IMG/VR virus record: IMGVR_UViG_3300044825_003036
Length of the DNA: 20,000 nucleotides
DNA from: an uncultured virus (IMG/VR IMGVR_UViG_3300044825_003036)
Taxonomy: Duplodnaviria > Heunggongvirae > Uroviricota > Caudoviricetes
Reading direction: 5' to 3' (one strand)
The notes beneath the pieces are model-generated. The model was not told the DNA's origin and did not search any database. It was given only the letters and a program-made list of their open reading frames with translations. This document shows, one piece after another, positions 1 to 6,036 of the stretch (its first letter is position 1; each line of letters starts with the position of its first letter). A program made the position numbers and the translations under genes.

Positions 1-2
1 GC

Positions 3-1160
3 GCCAAAACCGATCTGGTTGGCACAGGCTTCACGTCGAAGGAGCTCGATCGGATGCTGAGCAAGGCGAAGGTCTCGGCAGTCGAACAGCAGGGCGAGCC
101 GGATGCGGGGGAGCTGCCGACCGAGCCGATTTCCAAGGCCGGCGATCTTTGGCTGCTCGGGGACCATCGGCTGGTGTGTGGGGACTGCCGCGACTCGACG
201 GTGATGGCGCGCCTCATGGACGGCGACTTGGCGGACGAGCTGTTCGCCGATCCGCCGTACGGCATGGGCAAGGAAAAGGATGGGATCGTGGGCGACAACC
301 AGTACGGCCCGAAGCTTGACCAGTTCCAAAGCGAGTGGTGGCGTGCTGTGCGTCCGCACCTCAAGTCGACGGCGGCGGCGTACATCTGGGGCAATGCGCC
401 GGACTTGTGGCGCTGGTGGTTTGGCTGGCTGTCGCTGAGCGAGACGCTCACGTTCCGCAACGAGATTGTTTGGTACAAGGGGGATTACGCTAACGGGCAA
501 CGAACCGCGGTGGCCCTGCAGTACCCGGTTCTGTCCGAGCGCGCGCTTTTTTTCGTTCTGGGGAACCAAGCTGCTGGAGCGCGTAACCAGGCCCGCTATT
601 GGCAGGGGTGGGAACCGATCCGTAGTTACTTGGCGGAGGAGGCCAAGGCGGGCGGGCTCAACGCGGGCAGGGTCAAAGAGCTCACGGGTGCGGGGATGTG
701 GCAACACTGGTTTTCCAAGAGCCAGTGGCTATTCCTGCCTGAGGACGCCTACCAAGCGCTTCGGGCCGCAACTGGACGTTTCGAGAGGTCCTATGCGGCG
801 CTTAGTGCCCAATATGAGGCGCTCCGGTTTGAGTTCGAAAAGCTGCAGACGGCGGAGCGCGCCTACCACGACAACACCCACGAGAAGATGGGCGACGTGT
901 GGGAGTTCCCGCGGCTCGTGGGCGCCGAGCGGCATGGGCACGCGACGCCGAAACCCGTGGCGCTCGCCAAGCGCGCGCTGCTCACGTCGTGCCCGCCTGG
1001 CGGCGTCGCGGTGAGCCCTTTCGGCGGGACGGGCCCCGAGCTGTTGGCGGCGGAGCAAACGGGGCGTAGGGCTCGCCTGGTGGAGCTCCAACCGGCTTAC
1101 GTGGACGTCGTGATCGAGCGGTGGCAGCGATTGACTGGAGGGAAAGCGAAGCGGGGCTGA
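3..1160 (+). CDS. Phage DNA amino-methyltransferase (N6-A/N4-C, beta class; probably ParB-fused), 5'-truncated by the window edge
   Basis: The frame is open from the window start (AKTDLVGTGFTSKELDRML). It has GDLWLLGDHRLVCGD, catalytic DPPY, HATPKPV and the SAM-binding PFGGTG, and ends in ELQPAYVDVVIERWQRLTGG, the usual tail of phage ParB-MTases. Confidence 0.93.
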   Translation, partial: AKTDLVGTGFTSKELDRMLSKAKVSAVEQQGEPDAGELPTEPISKAGDLWLLGDHRLVCGDCRDSTVMARLMDGDLADELFADPPYGMGKEKDGIVGDNQYGPKLDQFQSEWWRAVRPHLKSTAAAYIWGNAPDLWRWWFGWLSLSETLTFRNEIVWYKGDYANGQRTAVALQYPVLSERALFFVLGNQAAGARNQARYWQGWEPIRSYLAEEAKAGGLNAGRVKELTGAGMWQHWFSKSQWLFLPEDAYQALRAATGRFERSYAALSAQYEALRFEFEKLQTAERAYHDNTHEKMGDVWEFPRLVGAERHGHATPKPVALAKRALLTSCPPGGVAVSPFGGTGPELLAAEQTGRRARLVELQPAYVDVVIERWQRLTGGKAKRG

Positions 1161-1166
1161 GACCGC

Positions 1167-1194
1167 TTGCGCGCCGCTCCGGTCCTGATAGTCT
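1167..1194 (+). promoter_or_regulatory. Putative sigma70-like promoter
   Basis: TTGCGC (1167-1172), 16 nt, then TAGTCT (1189-1194) with TG at 1186-1187 (extended -10). It shares CCGCTTGC...CCGCTCCGG with the motif at 5546-5563. Confidence 0.45.
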
Positions 1195-1241
1195 CGACGG
1201 GTAGCTACGGCATGGCTACGCCTCGTGTGTTGAGTGGAGCT

Positions 1242-1278
1242 CCCCCGTCTGGTAACCCCAGGCGGGGGTTTTCTTTTT
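1242..1278 (+). terminator. Intrinsic terminator
   Basis: 11-bp stem CCCCCGTCTGG/CCAGGCGGGGG (one G-U) with a 5-nt loop, followed by TTTTCTTTTT. Confidence 0.88.
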
Positions 1279-1312
1279 GGGGGTGACGAAACGTGCCGGG
1301 CTCTTGTTGGAC

Positions 1313-1792
1313 AGATCCCCCCCATTCTTCCCTGGTAGTGACTAGGGAAGGTGTTGGATCTTGGGGACCAGGGGATCCGGGGTCAGTCCTGCTACGCTCT
1401 CCGAACCTGCGAGACCAGGGGTTCTGTGGTGCGCTCTTGGGGACCTATGTCGCTAGCCTGAGGCGGCAGTTACCCCGCCTCGGATACCGAGTGCCTACCG
1501 AGGGGGGGTTGTGCGCGTGGGGCCGTTCGAGCCCACGAGCGATCGGCTGCCTGTTCGAGGCGCGAGAGAGCGCCCCTTGCCAACATGCGGCTGGGTACTG
1601 ACTAGGGTTGCTGACCATTTCGGCTCACGCCGCACACCGGTCCCGCGGGTGCAATGGGGCGCCATCAGCGAAAGCGCTTGGCCCGAAACCGCTTGGCGGC
1701 TGCAGGCGAACAGGGTAGACCTGTGTCCGGGACTGGACTGATACACCGCCCAACCCTACCTCGGACGTAATGCCCCTGGGGTAGGGTTTTTT
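1313..1792 (+). ncRNA. Candidate large structured RNA or attenuator leader (family unknown)
   Basis: No convincing ORF. Helices at 1327-1336/1341-1350 (extended by 1313-1318/1356-1361), 1460-1466/1475-1481, 1516-1521/1532-1537, 1559-1563/1570-1574 and 1586-1591/1629-1634, plus long-range pairs 1547-1557/1707-1718 and 1498-1515/1747-1764. It ends in a terminator. Confidence 0.55.
1752..1792 (+). terminator. Intrinsic terminator, potentially conditional
   Basis: 13-bp stem AACCCTACCTCGG/CTGGGGTAGGGTT (two G-U) with T6 at 1787-1792. Its 5' arm can alternatively pair with 1498-1515. Confidence 0.8.
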
Positions 1793-1927
1793 GATCCAAT
1801 TTGGGGAGCTGCCGGCTGTCCCGTTCTGGGGCTGTGGACAAGTCAAAAAGTCCTAGCGTTCGGCTCTTGCTTCTGTCAGAAGCCCCCTTGCCAGCAAAGC
1901 CGCCTGAGGGGTGGGGCTGGCCCCTGA

Positions 1928-2001
1928 TGCGGTTTAGAGCAGCTCGGTAGCTCGCTAGGCTCATAACCTGGAGGTCGTTGGTTCAAATCCAACAGCCGCA
2001 A
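1928..2001 (+). tRNA. tRNA-Met (CAT), initiator (fMet)-like; CCA not encoded
   Basis: Cloverleaf: acceptor TGCGGTT/AGCCGCA, D arm GAGC-AGCTCGGTA-GCTC, anticodon arm CTAGG-CTCATAA-CCTGG (CAT at 1962-1964), T arm GTTGG-TTCAAAT-CCAAC, discriminator A2001. The D arm, CTCATAA loop and TTCAAAT loop match bacterial initiator tRNAs. Confidence 0.96.
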
Positions 2002-2003
2002 CT

Positions 2004-2216
2004 GAAACGTCCAGAGTCCCTGCTTTGACTTCTCCCCCGCCGGGAACACCGATGGGAAGGGGAGCAAGATGGTGCGGGATGATGCAGGATCCTGTTAAAC
2101 GCAGGGAATTGACCCTGAGTCCGGCGAGTATGGGCGGCCAGCCTTGAGCCGCACCGCGATGACCCGGGCGATTTGTGCGCCCGCCAGCGGGAAGCTGGTG
2201 GGACTCTGGACGGTTC
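2004..2216 (+). ncRNA. Candidate structured RNA domain downstream of the tRNA (family unknown)
   Basis: Perfect 13-bp long-range helix CGTCCAGAGTCCC (2008-2020)/GGGACTCTGGACG (2200-2212). It encloses helices 2032-2037/2059-2064, 2071-2077/2149-2155, 2102-2106/2113-2117, 2166-2170/2178-2182 and 2183-2188/2194-2199. Confidence 0.55.
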
Positions 2217-2258
2217 GCCCAAGGGCCTGGGGCAGGTGGCACAGAAAAAACCTGCCCA

Positions 2259-2305
2259 CCAAAACTTTTCCTTGCCGATTTATTCTGGCTAAGGGAAGTT
2301 TTGGG
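2259..2305 (+). promoter_or_regulatory. Repeated promoter/operator-like motif, copy 1
   Basis: AAAACTT...CTTGCC-N13-TAAGGGAAGTTTTGGG, with the same spacing and the same 16-mer at 5538-5583. Contains TTGCCG-17-GAAGTT and is flanked by the inverted repeat CCAAAACTT/AAGTTTTGG. Confidence 0.7.
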
Positions 2306-2307
2306 CA

Positions 2308-2337
2308 TGCCGCGGTTGGCGGCAACGAAAGGACAAG
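2308..2337 (+). promoter_or_regulatory. Hairpin + ACGAAAGGACAAG leader/RBS element, copy 1
   Basis: TGCCGC-GGTTG-GCGGCA-ACGAAAGGACAAG, 3 nt before ATG 2341. Confidence 0.85.
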
Positions 2338-2340
2338 ATC

Positions 2341-2541
2341 ATGGACGCAGTATTCAGCAAGATCGGCACGACTCGTGCGGGCAAGCTCACTCACTGGATC
2401 AAGGGTGAGGTGCGCGGCCACCAAGCCCCAGCTTGTGGCCAGAATCGTCGGGCTTGGGGTGCTGGGGACATGAGGACCCTGGCAGCGGAGACCCGCCCAA
2501 CCTGCGCTCACTGTCGCAAGATTCAGGCGGCGAAGGCATGA
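2341..2541 (+). CDS. Small hypothetical protein, possible Zn-binding (H...CG...CxxC)
   Basis: Preceded by the leader element. Contains THW, PACG and TCAHC. Its stop overlaps the next ATG (ATGA). Confidence 0.75.
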   Translation: MDAVFSKIGTTRAGKLTHWIKGEVRGHQAPACGQNRRAWGAGDMRTLAAETRPTCAHCRKIQAAKA

Positions 2542-2639
2542 GCGACGCGACAGCAGCAGCCCCGCTGTTCGCTGTCGTCTCGCTTGCGATGTTGGCGTGC
2601 CTGGTGGTGGCCTGGTGGCTCGAAAGGCCCCGGTCATGA
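2538..2639 (+). CDS. 33-aa single-TM membrane peptide
   Basis: MSDATAAAPLFAVVSLAMLACLVVAWWLERPRS, with ATGA overlaps at both ends. Confidence 0.6.
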   Translation: MSDATAAAPLFAVVSLAMLACLVVAWWLERPRS

Positions 2640-2800
2640 CCAGGCTGCAGCAGCAAACGAACCGACTGGCGGCGCTGAATGACTTGGTGGAGCTGCGCAA
2701 GAGCGCGCGGCAGTTGGCGGCGGAGCGCAGCGCGGAGGAGATCCGGCAGTTGCTCCGCGAGTGGCGACGGAGACAGCGGGATGCTCGCGTTGGTGCGTAG
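2636..2800 (+). CDS. Small helical hypothetical protein
   Basis: Start is ATGA-coupled to the previous stop. MTRLQQQTNRLAALNDLVELRK... reads as an amphipathic helix. Confidence 0.6.
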   Translation: MTRLQQQTNRLAALNDLVELRKSARQLAAERSAEEIRQLLREWRRRQRDARVGA

Positions 2801-2987
2801 AATTCTTGGGCGGTGCCTGCGGTGCAGTCAAAAGCTCGGAGAACTAGCGCCGAGGCATCATGCCTACTGCCAGCGGTGCTGGCTTGGCTACGAGTGGCCG
2901 CGCCACTGCTATGAACGCATTCTGAGGGCTGACAAGGAAAGGGAAAGGGGTGGGGATCATGGGCACAACGGCAAAGATCAGGCATAG
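2781..2987 (+). CDS. Small Zn-finger-like protein
   Basis: MLALVRRILGRCLRC...YCQRCW has two CxxC pairs. Short overlap with the upstream ORF. Confidence 0.55.
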   Translation: MLALVRRILGRCLRCSQKLGELAPRHHAYCQRCWLGYEWPRHCYERILRADKERERGGDHGHNGKDQA

Positions 2988-3174
2988 ACGGGCGCGAGCC
3001 CGACGGCTCACGGCTCAGCGGTGGTTCACCGAAAAGGAGCTGGTTGAGTCTGGGCTATACCGCGAGATCCGAGTGATCTCGGGCGATGAGCTCAGGCAAC
3101 GGTTTTTTTTGGATGCGCGATCAGCTGAGCGCGTCAGGGCGAAATTGGCGAAGTTGAAAGCGGAGGTGGTGTGA
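2959..3174 (+). CDS. Basic hypothetical protein
   Basis: ATG 2959 follows a G-rich RBS. The stop overlaps the next start (GTGATG). Confidence 0.6.
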   Translation: MGTTAKIRHRRARARRLTAQRWFTEKELVESGLYREIRVISGDELRQRFFLDARSAERVRAKLAKLKAEVV

Positions 3175-3806
3175 TGGTCTGGGATCCAGAGGCAGCAAAA
3201 AAGAAAGAGAGCGAGATTCGGCAGCGGCTCAAGGCGGAAGCCGAGGTTCTGTTGGAGTTGGTGGTTGCGGAGCTCGTAAAGCGTGGTTTCAAGGCCGAGC
3301 CGATTGCCTTGGGCCAGCGTGCAGGGGTTGGCTCAGGATCCGCTAGGCGGCGCGCGATGTTGCTGATCGGGCAGCAGCGTGTCCCGTTGTGGATTGAACA
3401 GGACCGCGAAACTGGCACCCTTGGCCGCTCCATATGGCAAGATTGGTTGCGGGTTTCGTGCGATGGGATTTACGGCGGTTTTCGAACCCGCGAAATCCCG
3501 ATGCGAAGCAAGACGTTTGCTCGGTCGAAGTCGCGAGAAGCGACCTACGGTTTTGACGTCGAGAAGATTGCAGACCACTGCGAGGCGTGGGCAGCGCTGG
3601 ATGTCTCCACTCGCCTGAAAGAAGAGCTCAGTGACTCGGCCCTGGAAGCCTGGGAAAAGGCCAAGGAGCGCCTCGTGTTACAATTCCCCTCGGCAGAGGG
3701 ACACCTGAGCGCGACGGACAAGGGTTTGAGCTTGAAACTGTTGGTAAACGAGGGCCAGGCGGTAGCGTTGCTGGAGCTCCTGAAGTTGAACGAAAAGGGC
3801 CGCTGA
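3174..3806 (+). CDS. Hypothetical protein
   Basis: ~210-aa ORF coupled to the upstream stop, with plausible composition but no recognised motif. Confidence 0.75.
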   Translation: MVWDPEAAKKKESEIRQRLKAEAEVLLELVVAELVKRGFKAEPIALGQRAGVGSGSARRRAMLLIGQQRVPLWIEQDRETGTLGRSIWQDWLRVSCDGIYGGFRTREIPMRSKTFARSKSREATYGFDVEKIADHCEAWAALDVSTRLKEELSDSALEAWEKAKERLVLQFPSAEGHLSATDKGLSLKLLVNEGQAVALLELLKLNEKGR

Positions 3807-3826
3807 GGCGGCAACGAAAGGACAAG
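3799..3826 (+). promoter_or_regulatory. Hairpin + ACGAAAGGACAAG leader/RBS element, copy 2
   Basis: GCCGC-TGAG-GCGGC-AACGAAAGGACAAG upstream of ATG 3832. The loop contains the upstream gene's TGA stop. Confidence 0.85.
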
Positions 3827-3831
3827 AGGAA

Positions 3832-4809
3832 ATGACGACGACGAAAGAACAGGTGGGCGCGGTGTTGGCTTCGGGCGGCACCCAAACGATTGGAGCTTTG
3901 GTGTTCTGGTCGCTGGCTTCGGTGAGAGTGAAGCGAGACGAGTTCCGCGAGCGGCTGACCTCCCTCGGACTGGACAGTGCCATGGGCAAGGACCCGTCCC
4001 CCCGCAGCGCGCTGAGCAAGGCCGTTGCGGCGGCCTTCACTGGGCGCAAAGGCGTGATGGCGCGGCGTTTGGCGAACGGCAACGTCGGGATCGTGCTGGA
4101 GCGAATTACGGCCGGGCACGCCAAGTATCGGCACGTCGCGACGGTTTCGGCACATTCCGGGGCTTTTCAAACAGACGCTGAGGTCGAACCGTTGCCAGCA
4201 ACCAGCTCCGGCCCCGTCGTGTCCTATGAAGGGGAGACTGAGGGAGTTCCCGCGCGTGAAGCGCTCACAGCTGTGGCCCCGTCGCTCTTGGCTGAGCTGG
4301 GCGCGGCGTACGAGACCGCCAACAGCTACCTGCTCACCAACGACCTGAGTGAGGTGTTGATTTCGGCAGTCAACGGAAGCCCGCACCGTGGGCTTCTGGC
4401 GGGGCTCAGCCTGCGCGAGCGGACCGGCGGGCTCTACTTCATTGCTGGGCCCTACGTGGAGCGGATGCAGCAGCTCCAGCACCTGATCCAGGACGTGGCA
4501 CCGTCGTGTGTCGTGTCGGTGATGACCATCACTGGATCCAAAGAGAACCTTGGCGAGGCGGCTCGCGCGGCTAAGCTGACGTTTGCGGCGCAGCTCGACG
4601 AGCTGAAGACCGAGCTGGTGGACTTCAAGGCGGGGCTGCAGATGAAGGGCAAGGGCGCGTCCGAGTATTCGATCGAGACCCGGATCGAGCGGTACAAGGA
4701 CTTGGCCGCGCGAGTGGCGGTGTTCAAAGACTTGCTTGGGGTCGATGACCTGGAGCGTCAGATCGAGGCGGCCAAGACGGAGATGGTCAAAGAGCTGGAG
4801 GGCCTGTGA
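3832..4809 (+). CDS. DUF6744/DUF3150-like protein with C-terminal coiled coil
   Basis: N-terminal GALVFWSL...LTSLGL...PSPRSALSKAV and internal LRERTGGLYFI recall this mobile-element family; the C-terminus is helical. The ORF is solid, but the family call is from memory. Confidence 0.65.
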   Translation: MTTTKEQVGAVLASGGTQTIGALVFWSLASVRVKRDEFRERLTSLGLDSAMGKDPSPRSALSKAVAAAFTGRKGVMARRLANGNVGIVLERITAGHAKYRHVATVSAHSGAFQTDAEVEPLPATSSGPVVSYEGETEGVPAREALTAVAPSLLAELGAAYETANSYLLTNDLSEVLISAVNGSPHRGLLAGLSLRERTGGLYFIAGPYVERMQQLQHLIQDVAPSCVVSVMTITGSKENLGEAARAAKLTFAAQLDELKTELVDFKAGLQMKGKGASEYSIETRIERYKDLAARVAVFKDLLGVDDLERQIEAAKTEMVKELEGL

Positions 4810-5057
4810 CGCCACGGCAGCAGCTGGTTTGGGCTCGCCGGTGGCTCCAGGTTCATAAGTTTTGGCTGTTGGTGTTTTCCTGCATTCATCAGCCACGTTG
4901 CCTGCTCCTGCGAGTTGCTGCAGTGCTTGACCGTCATGGGCACAAGGCTCTCGACCGAGCCGGAACCGCGAGAGCCAAGGCGCAGTTTCTGCTCGATGAG
5001 ATCGCGAAGAACCCAGAACAGCAGGCCTTTTGGGCTGCAGAGAAGGATCGAACGTGA
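4806..5057 (+). CDS. Hypothetical protein
   Basis: GTGA overlaps at both ends. Confidence 0.6.
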   Translation: MTPRQQLVWARRWLQVHKFWLLVFSCIHQPRCLLLRVAAVLDRHGHKALDRAGTARAKAQFLLDEIAKNPEQQAFWAAEKDRT

Positions 5058-5275
5058 ACGACGACCGGGAAGTGTTTTGGACTCGGATGGTGGTTGCCGC
5101 GCTGTCGAATCCCGCGGTGACGGACGGGCCAGCGGCGCACGTGGCGGAACGAGCTGCCGATCTGGCGGATTGTGCGCTAGTGGAGTTCGATGCCCGTTTT
5201 CGCAGGGACAGCAGCTCGGACCAAGGTGATCCTGAGGAGGCACAAGCCGATCTACCAGATCAAGAACTTCCGTGA
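5054..5275 (+). CDS. Small phage hypothetical protein
   Basis: GTG start overlaps the upstream TGA. AERAADLADCALVEFDARF is a helical pattern typical of small phage proteins. Confidence 0.65.
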   Translation: MNDDREVFWTRMVVAALSNPAVTDGPAAHVAERAADLADCALVEFDARFRRDSSSDQGDPEEAQADLPDQELP

Positions 5276-5570
5276 GAAGTTCCTCTGGCGGCTCGCTGAG
5301 CTTGGGCTGGACCAGGTGGACGTCGCTCAGCGAATGGGCGTGATCCATCGGCGGGTGAAAGCGATCCTCCATGCAAGGCGGATCGAGGAGGCTACTCTGG
5401 CGCGGGTGAGCGCGGCGCTGGAGTGGCCGATCGAGCGGTGGCAGCGCCGGCTACGGGTGCCTAAGTCGCCAGCCAAGACGGCGCTTCGGCACCTCATGGC
5501 GCACGCCGAGCAACAAGCAAAAAAACTGGAGCAGCCGAAAACTTTCCGCTTGCCCCGCTCCGGCGAGTAA
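5226..5570 (+). CDS. XRE/Cro-like helix-turn-helix transcriptional regulator
   Basis: LAELGLDQVDVAQRMGVIHRRVKAIL...EATLARVSAALEW matches the HTH_XRE pattern. The start is uncertain (GTG 5226 or ATG 5190). Confidence 0.8.
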   Translation: MILRRHKPIYQIKNFREKFLWRLAELGLDQVDVAQRMGVIHRRVKAILHARRIEEATLARVSAALEWPIERWQRRLRVPKSPAKTALRHLMAHAEQQAKKLEQPKTFRLPRSGE

Positions 5571-5583
5571 GGGAAGTTTTGGG
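5538..5583 (+). promoter_or_regulatory. Repeated promoter/operator-like motif, copy 2
   Basis: AAAACTT...CTTGCC-N13-TAAGGGAAGTTTTGGG, containing TTGCCC-17-GAAGTT. It overlaps the end and TAA stop of the XRE gene. Confidence 0.7.
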
Positions 5584-5584
5584 G

Positions 5585-5614
5585 GTCGCGGTTTGGCGAC
5601 AACGAAAGGACAAG
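5585..5614 (+). promoter_or_regulatory. Hairpin + ACGAAAGGACAAG leader/RBS element, copy 3
   Basis: GTCGC-GGTTTG-GCGAC-AACGAAAGGACAAG before ATG 5620. The stem has a compensatory C-G to T-A change relative to copies 1 and 2. Confidence 0.85.
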
Positions 5615-5619
5615 CGGAA

Positions 5620-5835
5620 ATGGCAGCTGAAAAGGCACAGGTTGTTGTGGGTGGGTTCGTTCAGGCTCACGTCATGCTACATGCGGACGCGAACGTTCGA
5701 ACGATGTTCCCCTTGCTCCGTCGCAAGGGCTGCCTGGACTCCCAGATCTGGGACTCGATCCGTGAGCTCCGCGCTCGCGGGCTGAACTACGACGCGGTCA
5801 CTGGGGCTTTGCAGTTCGTCAAGGTGGCTGGGTAA
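5620..5835 (+). CDS. Small hypothetical protein
   Basis: ATG 5620 follows the leader element; MAAEKAQVVVGG... Confidence 0.7.
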   Translation: MAAEKAQVVVGGFVQAHVMLHADANVRTMFPLLRRKGCLDSQIWDSIRELRARGLNYDAVTGALQFVKVAG

Positions 5836-5853
5836 AGAAGGGGCCGGGGGGCT

Positions 5854-6036
5854 ATGAGCGAGGACGAGCGAGACACGATTCGCTGCAGTCCCGAGGAGCC
5901 GACGATCCCTGCGCAAGCGCCAAGCTGCGCGGCGGAGCCGGAGGTTCCACGGGACTCAGAGTGGGCAGGTTTTTCAACTGAAATGGCCGCAATTTTGGCC
6001 GAGATACTGGAGGCAGAGTGCAAGATTTGTTCGTGA
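5854..6036 (+). CDS. Small acidic hypothetical protein
   Basis: 60-aa ORF with a G-rich RBS, filling the gap before the ATPase. Confidence 0.5.
   Translation: MSEDERDTIRCSPEEPTIPAQAPSCAAEPEVPRDSEWAGFSTEMAAILAEILEAECKICS

Noticed and set aside
1009..1035. Methyltransferase inactivation (SPFGGTG instead of DPFxGSG)
   Set aside because: The FxGxG core and DPPY are intact and this position varies among methyltransferases, so the evidence is insufficient.
1293..1792. Group II intron, tmRNA or RNase P RNA
   Set aside because: GTGCG words are present but there is no domain V. There are no tRNA-Ala-like ends or tag ORF, and no GAGGAAAGUCC core.
1928..2001. tRNA as a prophage integration site (attL/attR boundary)
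   Set aside because: Phage-like genes lie on both sides, no integrase is nearby, and no duplicate of the tRNA 3' end was noticed in the window.
2085..2257. Cobalamin riboswitch (AGGGAA, GGGAAG and ACCTGCC words)
   Set aside because: It lacks the CCGGTG..AA.TCCGG T-loop arm, GCCACTG and the AG.CAG.AGAC elements, and the words are tied up in other helices.
1293..2308. Short ORFs from the track in the non-coding region (e.g. 1293-1601, 1511-1741, 1665-1964, 1961-2308)
   Set aside because: They have no clear RBS or motifs, low-information Gly/Arg/Pro-rich translations, and several overlap the tRNA or terminator.
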